A DNA stretch of 64,000 nt from Piromyces finnis finn. Lineage: Eukaryota; Fungi; Neocallimastigomycota. The stretch covers positions 62,001 through 126,000 of the forward strand of contig MCFH01000004.1 of assembly GCA_002104945.1 (NCBI GenBank), given 5' to 3'. Under the pieces are notes generated by a model. That model saw only the letters and a program-made list of their open reading frames with translations, made no database searches and had not been told where the DNA came from. Positions 1-13,793 of the stretch are shown here, piece by piece. A program made the position numbers and the translations under genes. The first letter of the stretch is position 1. Each line of letters starts with the position of its first letter.

Positions 1-1112
1 TCAAATTGCTGCTTTCCTTTTATCTTTACGTTTCAATAAGTTTGATCTTGACTCTAAATACATTGCTGCCTGTGGTAAGGTCATGCGTTCAAAGGCTGTT
101 AATGTTGATACTGGTGATTTTGCTGATCAAATTGTTGATATAGTCGGTACTGGAGGTGATGGTCATGATACTTTTAATGTTTCTACCACTGCTGGTCTTA
201 TTGCTGCTGCTGCTGGTTGTTATGTTACTAAGGTATGTGAAAGAGTGAAAAAAATATTTATATAATAAAATTTATTCTAAAAAATATAAAGATATAAGTT
301 ATAAATAATTATTTAATAGAACCAGTACAATTTCAGAAAATAAAATAAAATAATTTAATAGTAACTTTTATTAACATATAAATGTATATATTTATATTTA
401 TATATTTTGATAGCACGGTAATGTTGCTGCTTCTTCAAAAAGTGGTTCAGCTAATATCTTAGAAGAAGCTGGTGTTATGATTAGAAATATTAAACCAGAA
501 ATGGTCAAGGGTATGATTGAAAGAAACAATTATTGTTTCTTATTTGCTCAAACTTATCACCCAGCTATGAGATTTGTTGGTCCAACTAGAAAGCAATTAG
601 TTGTTTCTACTGTTTTCAATTATTTAGGTCCATTAAACAACCCATGTCACACTAAGAGAATGGTTGTTGGTGTTCACTCTACTTACCTTGGTCAAATTAT
701 GGCTGAAGCTTTAATGTATTCAGGTGTCGAAAGAGGTATGGTTGTCTGCGGTGATGAAGGTTTAGATGAAATTAGTCCAGAACGTGATACCCACGTTTGG
801 GAAATTGAAAACAATACTATTACTAAGAAGATTATTTCTCCAGAAGATTTTGGTGTTGAAAGATATCCATTAGATTCTGAAAGCATGAAGGGTGGTGATG
901 CTAAGGAAAATGCTCAAATCTTAAAGGAACTCTTCAACAATGAAAGAAAAGATCATCTTCTTGACTGGGTTTTAATGAACGCTAGTGCTTTATGTTACGT
1001 TGCTGGTAAGGGTAAGGACTTTAAAGAATGTATGAAGATTACCAGAGAAGCTGTTGAAAGTGGAAAGGCTAAAACAGTTCTCGAAAATTTAATTAAGGAT
1101 ACTCAAGCTTAA
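1..1112 (+). CDS. TRP4: Anthranilate phosphoribosyltransferase, 5'-truncated by window; exons <1-232 and 414-1112
   Basis: QIAAFLLSLR, DIVGTGGDGHDTFNVST, K|HGN across a GTATGT..TAG intron (233-413), GLDEISP motifs. Confidence 0.95.
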
Positions 1113-1900
1113 ATTTATTGTCATAAACCTGGCTAAATATTAATATACATAATTAATATTTAGAATATTGCTTGATAACATTCTCTTTTTTTTTTTTTTT
1201 TATTACGAAAAAAGAAAGAAAATCAATTATTTAATCATTTAATTATAAGACACATTTTGTAAAATATATTTTTTAAATTAGATACCAATAAATAACAATC
1301 CCATTAAAAAGAAAAAAAAAAGATTTATATTAAGATATGCTCTAAGAGTAGAAAATACCATATTATAAACATAAATAAATGAACAAATAATGTTATCATA
1401 GTATTAATTATTATTATAATTAAGAACGAAACAAAACAAAACAAAGCAAAAATATCAAAACAATAACAACAAAACAATAAAAGTAAATAATAAATTATAT
1501 TAGTTGAAAATCTCAATATAAAAAATAAAGTTGTATTTAACATAAAAAATAAATATTTGAAATATATATTTATATTTAAGAATAATATATTAAAAAGCAT
1601 TATTAATAATTTTATTTATATTTAATAAATGAATGAATAAAACTATAAATAATGCATCATCATAATGTAATAACAAACTAAAAAAAAAAAAAATAAAATA
1701 AAAAATAAATATTGTTATAAACAATTTAAATAATAGTGTTACTAATTAAATAAAAAATTATCAAACTATGCACTTTATTTTTAATATAAGAAATTAAAAA
1801 AATTATAACTGTTTAATTTTCAATCGTTTAATAATAGTATTATAATCTAAATATGATTATTATAAACACAAAATTATTATTTAATTGTTAAATAGTAGAT

Positions 1901-1933
<33 letters not shown>

Positions 1934-2206
1934 CATTATAATAAAAATAATTAAATCTATTTTTTATTTTTACTAATATTATTATCATTATTATAAAAAG
2001 CATTATTGTTAATATTATTAATAACTATTAGTAATTTATTCTTTAAATATTCACTAATGAAAAAAAGATGTTTTGATCAGAAGATTCTGTTATATTAATT
2101 TTTTATTATTATTATCATGTAATTTTATTCATTTTTTTTTAATTGAATTGGATAATAATTATTCAATTATTATATTTTTATTATAATTATCGTTTAATTT
2201 TATTCA

Positions 2207-2237
<31 letters not shown>

Positions 2238-2934
2238 TTGAATTGAATAATGCTTATCCTATTCAATTATTATATTTTAAGTTTTTTCTTTTTTTAAATA
2301 TAGAAATGAAAATCACTATTTAGTTTTTTTTAATTGATTAAAATTTTTAAATTTAGTATAATTTAATTAAAATTTACTTTTTTTAAAATTTTTATTTTTT
2401 TGTGAAACAATACACACATTAAAAATTAAATTAATAAGAATTTCTACTTTTTTTTAATTCTAATCAAGAATTTACACTATTTTTTTTTTCTTCTTTAATT
2501 ATTAGTATTTATATCATTTTTAATCTTTTTTCTATAAATAGTTACCAATAATTTTATATATAATATTGTTAAAACAGTATATAAGTTTCAAGAATTTCTT
2601 TTTTATTTTTTATTATTTTATTTTAAACATATTATTTATAAAATCAAAGACAAAAGAGATATAAAAATAAATATTATATTCTCATATAAAGAAATATTCA
2701 TAAATATTAAATAAAAAATAAAGGAGTTAAACAAAGAAGAAAAAGTTTAATTATTTTTTAATAATAAAATAAAAGAAGTTATACACACATTTACTCTTCT
2801 TTATTTTATTATCAATAATATAATATTATAATACAGAAAGGAAAGACATTTACATAAATAACCTAAATTCTTAGCAATCATAAAAATATACCTTTTTAAA
2901 CAATAAACTTTTTTTCATAATAAATAAAATAAAA

Positions 2935-3194
2935 ATGAACAGTGCTATGGATTTCGAATTAGAAACCTTCTCAAGAAGAAAGAGAGACTTCATGGAAGAA
3001 GAAAATGTATGTACTTTTGTAATATGTATTTTATATATATATTTAAAACTAATAAATTTATATTTTTTAATAATTTGAAGGAACCATCATTAAAGCGTAT
3101 GACTTATGCCTCAGAGCAAAAGAACAGAAGAATGAAGGTTCCTTCCATAAAGAAGTTCTATGCAAACACTGGATCCTATAGTGTTTGTGCCTAA
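2935..3194 (+). CDS. Small two-exon protein of 61 aa, unknown function (exons 2935-3006, 3081-3194)
   Basis: AAAAATG start, phase-0 GTATGT donor at 3007, AAG acceptor at 3080, frame preserved; GC-richer than flanks. Confidence 0.65.
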
Positions 3195-5655
3195 TTTTTA
3201 TAAATATTAAATACAAAAATTTAATATTTCAAAAATGTTATATAGATGAAAAATTTGTATTGTTTTTTTTTTATGATTGCTTTCCTTTATTTAAATTGTT
3301 ATAATTATAAATTTTAATTTTTATACCATGATTAATATATATAAAAGAAGTAAATAAAAAAAAATTTAAAATATAAACTATTTGCTTTTTTTAAATGAAA
3401 AAGTTAAGTTTTAAATATTTCTATTTTTTTTATATTTAATTTATTTGATAGTTTTTTGTTTTAAATTTTTAGAATATTATTATTATTGATTTAAAATAAT
3501 AATGAAATGTGTGCTTATTACATTATATTTTAATTATATATAATTATTCATAATATTTATGATTGTCAAATGTAAAAAAGTATTCATGTGCTATTTTTAT
3601 TTTCTTTCAAATTATTTACATACTTTTATGCTATTTTGCCGTTGATTTATTATTAATTATAAATTATGTCATATATTAACTTTATTAGAGGATATTTACT
3701 TATAGCCAATAGTAATAACTTTATTTTATTGACATTTTATATAATAGGTATATTAAAATATATTACTAATAAGAATAAATACAAATAAAATAAAGTTTTT
3801 TTACTTTTTTTTAAGTCGTACAAATATAATTTAACTAAATTAGTATAAATGTAAATAAAATATATTAAACTAATATATTATATATAATATTTATATATAA
3901 AATTATTTTTGTGATACATTAATTGAATTAAAATACCAAAAATAAAACTGAGTGAATAAATAAATATAATGTTAGATAAATTTATATATTAATATAGTAA
4001 TTTAATATCGATATAGTGTTATTCAACTTTTTATTTTTTGGTCTTTTTATTATTTAAATGAAAAGTTATTTAAATAATATTAGGTAAAATATTAATGTTT
4101 ATGTTCTATTTATATGGGAATAAAATAACCTATACCCAATGAATCATTACTCATTCTTTTATTATTGATTTTTCTTAATTTTAAAATATTATACAAAAAG
4201 TAAATGAATATATGACTAATTTAAATAAAATTTCAGAAGGAGAAATAAAGTTAAAACACAATGGTTATTCATTTATTTAAATTAATAATATTTCATTTGT
4301 TTATATAATATAATCAAACAATGCTTAATTAAATAATAATTTATTTAAATAATAATTATCCATTCAATTACTATCTTTTCTAAGATGTTTCAAATTATTA
4401 AATTAACTTTTTATTTTTATTTCTATAATATTTCAATTATTAAGGTTTAAAAGCCTTTTACTTTTTTATTTTATTTTATTTTTTTTTTTTTTTCAATTAT
4501 CATCATTAACTAATATTAATTTAATAACATACTTTATCTTTTTTTTTTCTTTCTTTTTTCCTTTTTTCTTTTTTCTTAATATAAAAGAATTGAAAATAAA
4601 AAAAAAAAAAGAAGAAAAAAAAATATTTTAGAAACAACAAATTATTAGAAAATAGAAAAAAACAATCTTGTTTTAAATATAACCAATTATATTTTAAAAT
4701 TGGTTATATACAAGTAATAACTATAAGAATTTTGAAATAATCATAAATATCTATTAGTTATATTCTATATATAATTATATAAACATTTTTATTTTATTTA
4801 AAACAACAATAAAAAGTTTTAAGAAAATAAGAAAATAATAAAAAAAAAAACAAAACAAAACTCATCATTTATTCAATATCTCTTTCATTAATCATAATAA
4901 CTTTCACATATTTTATTTAAAAATTACTTGTTTATTATTATTCAAGCTATAATAATTTTTTTAAACTTTTATTATGGTAAATATATATAAATAAAAGATT
5001 TTTAAGTAAAAATAATTTAAAATATATATTTAACATTTAACCAATTTATTTATTATGTCTTTTATTATACTCTCATTATAACAATTTTTCATTATATTTA
5101 TTATGTCATTTATTATACTCTCATTATAAATACGAAACGCTTTCTTCATAAAAGACTAAATAATAATATTTTTAAGGAAATTATAGATACCAGTTTTTTT
5201 TTTTTAATTAAATACATTATTTATTCATTTAAAAATAAATTAAAATTTCATAATATTTCATAAATCTTTTTACATTTATATATTCAAAAGTATTCCTTCA
5301 TATTTAATAAAGTACTATATATAAATTAAAGGTTTTCTTCGAGCAATTTGTAAGTTTTTTTTTTAGAACAAAAATAATACCAAAAATTTAACATTGTATT
5401 AAACACAATATAATAATTATTTATAATTTATTATAATATAAATGTAAAAAATTTATTTTAATAGTAAGATAATGAAAATTGTTAAATACTAATCTTATTT
5501 CACCTTTTTTTTTATTATCGAATTTATATATAGTCATTTTTAAAATTTCTTTTATAATTAATAATAATAATACTATTTAAATCTTTAAATAATTGAAAAT
5601 AATAAAATAATAAAGCAATTTCTACAGGATAAAATTCATAATATAAAAAAATAAC

Positions 5656-6766
5656 ATGGAAAGTAAAGGTTATAGTAATCCATATGGTACTTATGATACT
5701 GGATATGAAAATTTTATTGTTGAACATAAAGACAATAAAAATATTCCACCAACCCAACAACCGACACCACCACCTGAAAATAATGAATCAATTCAAATTA
5801 AAATAGATAAAAAGGGTAAAGGTCATGAAAAAAATCAAAGTATGAATTATGGTTTTATAGGTAGTACCAGTTCAAATAAATATAGTAATCCATACGATAA
5901 TAATGTTTATGGGGAATTCGTTTCTTCATCATCAAAAAAAGAAAAAGGAAATAATAAAAAAGCAAATAAAAAAAGAGCATCAAATGAACAAATTCTTTCT
6001 GATGTTGATGTCACTCAAGCTCCAGTTAATGCTTCTGCAGCTGCCGTAGCTGTTGGTGCACCTGTAGTTTATTATACAGCACCAACCGTGGGTACTCCAG
6101 TAGCTACTGCACAACAAATAGCTACCGTACCAACTGTTTATTATACTACACCAGTTGCCACACCAGTTGCCATTCAATACGTAAATAGTCCAAACCTTGG
6201 TTATCAAGAAGGTTCAAATTCGTCCAAAAGTGAATTAAATAAAGAAAAAGGAGAAGGTAGAAAATATATATCTTACTTTGCTGATAAAGAAAACGTCGAA
6301 GAGGACATTGTAAAAAGTAATGATAAAGAAAAAGAATATCAAGAAATTATGAATGAATTGGGTATAAAACCAAAAGACAAGGAACCAAAAGATTTAAAGA
6401 GTCGTATTTTAAGAAATCAATTGGCCATTAGTATTACTCTTCTTATTCTTTTTGTAATACTTATAATATTATACTTTGTATATCCAAGAGTACCAGATAT
6501 TAGTGTTAAAGAATTTACTCTTCAAGAACAAAATGCAATTCAATATAAATTCCCAATGTCAGTTGAATATCGTGAAGAATATATTGATTTAAATAATGTT
6601 ACTTCTTCTGATGTTGATTCATTTATGCGCTTTAATTTAATTACTCATTTCGATGTCAGAAATAATAATTATCTTCCATATAAATTCAAAAGTTTAAACC
6701 TTGATGTAAGATTTTGTTTTTAATTAATATGAATATGTTATTATAAATATATAATTATTAATATTA

Positions 6767-6804
<38 letters not shown>

Positions 6805-7407
6805 GAAACTCTCTATATATATTTACATATATTAATTTAAAGTATGTATTAAAGAGTGAATTCTTAAAAAACAATGTATTCCTTGGTCGTAGTTTTGTTG
6901 AAAGCATTTCATTTAGTACTCGAAAGGTATTTATTTTTCTTATTGGTTAAATAATTATTATTAATATATATGTTATTAAGTATTATTATTATTATTATTA
7001 TTTTTTTACTTGTTTTATTTTCATTTCATTTTATTTATCCATTGTATTTAAAGAATACTCGTATGACCATAACAACTACTCTTGAATACTCTTCTCAAAG
7101 TATGAAAAAAGATGATACCTTTAGATATTTATTAGAAAAGTGTGGTATTACAGGACCAGGAAGTAAAATGGACTTAGATTATAAGGTTACAATGAAAATT
7201 CCTGTTGTTTCAATTATGTATCACCCATCCTATACTAAATCTACACAATTTGAATGTCCTTTCTTAATTGATGAGAAATTTAAGATTATTGAAAAGAAAA
7301 AAGAAGATAAAAAAGATGATGATGATGAAGATAACAAAAATGATGATTCCAAAAAAAATGATGATGATGATGGCAATAAAAATAATGATGGTAATAATTA
7401 CCAATAA
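5656..7407 (+). CDS. Single-pass membrane protein with LEA_2-like C-terminal domain (exons 5656-6705, 6843-6926, 7054-7407)
   Basis: Hydrophobic helix followed by YPRVPDISV and VRNNNYLPYKFKSLNLDV; GT-AG introns join the ORF-track fragments in frame. Confidence 0.6.
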
Positions 7408-8750
7408 TAATAAATTATAAAAAAAATATTATAAAAAAATCTTAAGGAATGAAAAAAAAAAGCAACTATCCCAACAGTTATAAAACAAATTATAATAGAA
7501 ATTAAAACAACAACAGCAAAGAAAAAAAAATAAAAACAATAAAATCAAAAAGGTTTAACAAAAAAATGAAAAAAAAAGTATAATTTTTTTTTTAAAAAAA
7601 ATTAACAAATAGTATATAATAATAACTCTACGATCGTTATTGTAATATAAATAAAAAATAACAAAATATTCATTTATTAATTAGCTGTTTGTTTTTTATA
7701 TATAAATAATTTTTAAAATTGATATAAATATACAGTAATTTTATTTATCGTTTTCTTTTCTCACTTTTTTTTTTTTAAATTTATAATGAAAAAAAAAAAA
7801 AAATAATATATACATATTTAATTATTTACTAAATGTGTATATAGTATTTTTATCCTTATTTTAATAAAAGTGTTTCAATTTTAATAATTCGTCTCAAAAC
7901 TTAATCTTTATTCATTAATTCTTATTAGTACTAAAAGATTTAATAAAAAATTTAAAAAATATTAAAAAAAAGTTTTTTATATAATTTAAAGTTTGATATC
8001 AATTTTTATAATATGAAAGCTTTTCCTTTTCAATTTTATTATTAATCGTTTTTTTTTTTTTTTTTTTTTAAAGAATATTTTTCAGATACCATATTAATAG
8101 TATTCTATAAATATATATTACATAGATTTATTTGTATATTTAATACATTATATTATATTCTCTCTATATATAATTTTAAATGAGGTTAAAAAAATTTGTT
8201 AATCTTAACATTCAATAGAATTTATTCATTATATATATACATATTACATTATTACATATTATTATTATTATTATTATTAAAATATTTCACAAGGAATTCT
8301 TAAAAATTTATTTTCCTATTTGTATGAAAACCTTTATAATTTTTACTATTAATCTGTACTATCAATTAAAATAATAAATAGTGTCTTGTATAATTATTTA
8401 TAAAGAAAATAAAACTGCCGAGGTGGAATTAAATTATTATTAAAAATTACAATAACGTTTTAACATTAAATCAATTGTTTATGAAACAAAAAGAAAAATA
8501 ATAATACAATATTAATATTATTAAAATATTATAAATTTATTATCATAATCATATCATTTTTGATACTATTAATACTTAGTTCAATTATTATAAGCTATAT
8601 TTATAATTATTTTATAATAATAAGATTATTTAATTTGGTTTCATATATATTCAAAACACTTTTTTTTTTTTCTTAAATAGTAAACTTTTATGTAAACTGA
8701 TAACAGACAAAATTATTATATATGTAAAATTATTATATGTATAAAACAAA

Positions 8751-9187
8751 ATGGCTGAAGAACAAATATTAAATCATATTAATTTATTAAATCCAAAAAC
8801 TAATGATAAAGAAGTAACAAACATTGAAATTCCGGACGCATCTACAAATGAAGAGATTCATTATAATCCATTACAATTTCATAATAATTTTAATAATAAT
8901 AATAACAACGAAATATTTAACAATCAAGTCATAATAAATGAAGAAGATAATGATGTATTAAATTTATGGTCTCAAACAAATTTTTTCTTTGATCCAGTCG
9001 ATCCTTCAAAATTAGGTATTTTATTCTTATTTAAATTTAATTTTAAATTTTTATAATTTATTTTTTTTTATTTTTAAATGTTAATAATTTTATAATTTTT
9101 TTTATTATTATTATTATATAATAAAAGAAACAATACAGCAACAACAGCAACAACGAAGCAACCTTAGTACACAATTATTAGTTCAGG

Positions 9188-9247
<60 letters not shown>

Positions 9248-10842
9248 GTAATGACAATAATGAAAATAATGAAATTCTTCAATTAAGTGAAAGAGAAAGA
9301 GATAGACAAAGATACAATAAATTAAAAGAACATTTATATACCCATAAAACTAAACACCCTAAAGAAAGTAGTATCTTACCAAATATAATAGATAAAGGTT
9401 CACTTAATAAAGAAGATTTTTTAAATTTTAATGGATTACAACAACTTATCGATAATAATAACAACAACAATTCAGATTTTCAATTTGATAATAATATTTT
9501 TAATATATCGTCTTCAGATACAAATCTTAATTTTTCAACAGTTGCATCTTCATCTTCTACATCTAATTCAAATAATATACCTTCTTTAAATAATCAAAAT
9601 AAGCCTAACAGAAGTAGGAGTGGAAAAAATAACTTATATACACAAATTCTTAATACCATCAATACTACCAATATAAATAATATAAGTAATATAAATGAGG
9701 GTGAGTCATCGTCTTTTTTGAGAAAAACTAATGATACTAGAAATAAAGAAATAGCAGATAAGAAAAAGAGGAGGTCAGCAGCAACCATGAGATGCAGAGA
9801 AAAAAAGAGAAATCAATTTCAAAAGAAGGAACAATATATTAGTTATTTAAAAAGTCACGTTTTATTTTTAGAAGGATTAGTTTCCCATATGGGAAATGAA
9901 ATTAATTGGCTCAGAAAATCATATATTACACAACATGGCGAATCTTCTTTAAAAGAAATTTACATTGAAAATGGATTAAAAAACGTTGATTTTAATGTTT
10001 TTCCAGGTTCTATATCTTTAACAAATTCAACACTCATTGTAAATCCAATGAATCAAGATACCGGTATTAAATCACTATCAGCATCTACATTAACTTTTAA
10101 ATCCCCAAGTATTTTGCCATCTTCATCATTACAAATGAATAAAAATGATAAAACACCAAAACTAGCTAATGTTTCTATTAATGATTCATCTTTTGATAAT
10201 TCAAGTAATAACTCACATGACATGGATTTGAATATAAACAATAATGATTTTAATATTCAACCAACAAATAAAAAAACTTCATCTCAATCAATGACGACAA
10301 CCAAGACTACTGATGCTACACCACCAAATATGAGTTTTTTGAGTGGTTTTTTAAATTTATCCAAGGAACAACGTGACCTTTTAATCAATTTTTTGAAAAA
10401 ACAAGATCAAATGCAAAAATCATCTTCATCAGATGATCAGGATTTAATAAGTATTAATGAAAATAACAATAACAATAATAACAATAGCAACAGCAATAAT
10501 AATAGTAGTAATAATAGTGATAATACTACAAGCTTTTCCAAGCAAGATTCTACATTAAATGCTATTCAAAATGATCCTTCCACAAAAACAACAACTAATC
10601 CACAACAATTAAGTTCTTTGCAACAAAATCTATTAAATACTTTGAGTCATCAAAACATTCAATCAATAAATATAAATAGTTCACCTAATGTCTTTTCAAT
10701 CTCTACTTCTACCATTGAATCATCCAATCCAACAACGGAAAGCACTCTTCCTCAAACAACAACAATAGATCTATCGAATCCATCATCTTTACCAACCACT
10801 ACAACTATTCAAAATATAGGGAAAATGGTTTATTATATTTAA
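8751..10842 (+). CDS. bZIP transcription factor with N/Q/S/T-rich low-complexity regions (exons 8751-9015, 9128-10842)
   Basis: Basic region KKKRRSAATMRCREKKR followed by heptad L/M repeat; frame open from 9130 to 10842 after a GT-AG intron. Confidence 0.8.
9190..9246 (+). repeat. (AAT)19 coding microsatellite, poly-Asn
   Basis: Direct reading of sequence. Confidence 0.95.
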
Positions 10843-12297
10843 GATTTATTTATTTACTTATTTATTCTAAATTTATTTTTAACTTTCTTGTACATGCCAA
10901 ATATGTGAAATATTATTTTATTTTATTTTATTTTATTTATTTTTTTTTTTTTAATATCTTTTTATTTAATTTTTGCTAATTAAAACCACAAGGATAAAAA
11001 AAAAAAAAAAAAAAAAAATAGAAAATAAAAATTAAATATATAAATATGATGTTTATATATTCTTAAATATGTATTGTAATGTGAATAAAATAATAAATTC
11101 TATAGAAATTAAATAGTATTTCTATACTTTTCCTTTTAAGTTAGTATATAATAAAGTATTTAGTTGGTTAGATGATGGATGATAAATAAGTTAAGTTATT
11201 ACGTCGATAAAAAGGATTATTAGAACAATTGTAATAAAATAATCATAATAGCCTCCTCATATCCCATCTATTATATTTTTACAACACCATCTTCAGATTT
11301 ATTCCAAAAAAGAGTATAAACTAATTATCGTTTCATTTAACAATTAAAATTTAGAATCATTAAATATTTATTTACTTTTAAACAGAATAAAATGTTCATT
11401 GATAAATAATAGTAGTTACTTATTTATCATTATCATAAGAATAAGTATTGTTATATATAATATAATTAAAACAAAATAAAACTATAATATGATAAAGCAT
11501 ATAAGTATATATTGTGCATATATTTCTTACACAATATCAATATATTATATATTGTAAATATAAAAAGTAAATATTATGTAATATTATCCATTATAACTAA
11601 ATGAATTGTCTAACATTTTATAATTTTATTATATTATATTGAATTTTGTGTTTATTTTATTTTTATAAAAATAATAAAATTTTGAATATCGATAGGCATA
11701 GTGTTAGTGAAAATAATATTATTCTAATAAGAATAAAATTTATAAAAAATATATAAAAATTAATATAATTTTAATTAAAATTATATTAATTAATATGGTA
11801 TTTTTATGTTAATTATATGTAATTACTTTCATTAGGTTCACCAATAAAAACTTTGTATTGATAGTTTTTTCAATAGAGTTTATAAATTTTAGAGAAAATC
11901 TAATTTAATATATCATTACCATTATTATTACGTCTAAACAATAATGCATAAAATATAAGAAGAGACATAGAAATATACTCTTTATTCATTTGTTATTTAT
12001 TATATTTGACCTTTAAAATAGTTACATATAAAAAGGGAAACATATTAGTAATAAAATATAATAAAAAAAGTCTTTAAATATATCCCATATTATAAAGAAT
12101 TTTATAAAAATTAATGATTTAAAATTAAACGCGCTTTAATTATATATAAATTGTAAAATTTATTTTTATTACAATATAATCTTGATTCTTCCTCTTATTA
12201 TCATAAAATATTTATTATTATAATTGGTATCATAATTATTGTTAATACTTATCAATTCATTATTATAAATGTAATATCATTATTTTTTTGTTATTGC

Positions 12298-12331
<34 letters not shown>

Positions 12332-12725
12332 AGTATAATATTATGATTTTTGTTATTGTGTTTTTTTTATTATTATGAAAAATAGTACATTTTAATACTA
12401 TTAATTATTTATTTTTATTAAAATCGACAAAGGAATTTTAAATGACTACAATATCATAATTATATTGAATTGGACCAATGATTTTAATAACCAAGATTTA
12501 ATTATTTATTAAAACCTTATCATTATAATTATTAAATGGTATAGTTTTTATAAGAAACAATAAATATCGATCATACTTAAATGCAATTTAAATTATAATG
12601 AGGTTTTAAAAAATATATAAAAAAAACATTTTTTCTTACTTTTTTAAAGTATTAATTATTATTAATATATATATAAATAACACTTGAAATATAATCATTT
12701 TTACTTGTAAACTATTAATTAAAAA

Positions 12726-13793
12726 ATGAAGTCTTTACTTTTTGTTAGTTTAGCTACTTTAAGTTTAGTTAAATTATCCAATGCTGCTTGTGGTGGTGCC
12801 TATGCTCAGTGTGGAGGGTAATTGTTCTTATTAAATCATAATATTATAAGAAAATTGAATTTAACTCGTTATACTAATTTTTATTTTATTATTAATAGTT
12901 ACAACTACCAAGGTGAGACTTGTTGTGTTTCTGGTTACCATTGTGTTATGCATAATGAATGGTATTCAAACTGCCAACCTGGTGCTGAACCAAGCACTCC
13001 TTCCAATAACGCTGCTAATAATAATCAATGGAATAATAACAATAATCAATGGAATAATAATAACCAATGGAATAATAATAACCAATGGAATAACAACAAT
13101 AATAACAATAATAATCAATGGAATAATAATTCTAGTCAACCAAGTTCCGGTTTTAAATTTTATTCTCAATGTGTAAATCCAATGGAATGGGCTGTTACTT
13201 ATGATGATGGACCAACTGAATTTGCTGATGCTATTTTAGATCTTTTAAAAGAAAAAAATATTAAAGCTACATTCTTTGTTGTTGGTAATTTATACATGTC
13301 AACATCTAGTCCTGACTGGTCAAGAATTATTAAAAGAATGTACAATGAAGGTCATATTATTGGTAATCACACTTTCAACCATAAAGATTTAACTGAACTT
13401 TCTTCTGATCAAATTAAGAATGAAATGAAGCAACTTGAAGATGCTGTTTACCAAGTTATTGGTAAGAAACCAGCTTTCATGAGACCACCATATGGTTCTG
13501 GTAATGGTAATCAAACTGTTATGAGTACTCTTCAATCTGCTGGTTACACTGCAGCTATTACTTGGAATGTTGATCCAATGGATTATAGTAATGGTGGTGA
13601 TATAAGTTATGCTAAACAAGTAATTAATAATGCTAAAGGTAAACCAATTATTACTTTAAATCACTTAAAGTATGGCGGTGCTACTAAGGATGGTATTATT
13701 GCTTTAGCCAAGGCAGAAATTGAAACATTGATTGCTAATGGATATACTCCAGTCACTATGGAAAGATGTCTTGGTATTAGTGCTTACCAATAA
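12726..13793 (+). CDS. Secreted CBM1 + CE4 (NodB) polysaccharide deacetylase, acetylxylan esterase or chitin deacetylase (exons 12726-12817, 12899-13793)
   Basis: Signal peptide MKSLLFVSLATLSLV; CBM1 QCGG..YQGETCC..C..NEWYSNC split by an intron; CE4 motifs TYDDGP, HTFNH, RPPYG, DPMDY, LNH. Confidence 0.92.

Noticed and set aside
1325-1600. Hydrophobic F/I/L-rich ORFs in intergenic DNA (also 5524-5760, 13815-14030, 31535-31762, 49541-49723, 53481-53896)
   Set aside because: Translations of AT-rich low-complexity sequence, mostly with alternative starts; no coding signal
2120-2280. Local duplication with AATTGAAT..ATTCAATT palindromes; similar 48-bp duplication at 5050-5130
   Set aside because: Two degenerate copies of AT-only sequence, typical slippage; not a CRISPR-like array
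4677-4709. 12-bp inverted repeat ATATAACCAATT/AATTGGTTATAT
   Set aside because: Short and AT-rich enough to occur by chance in this genome
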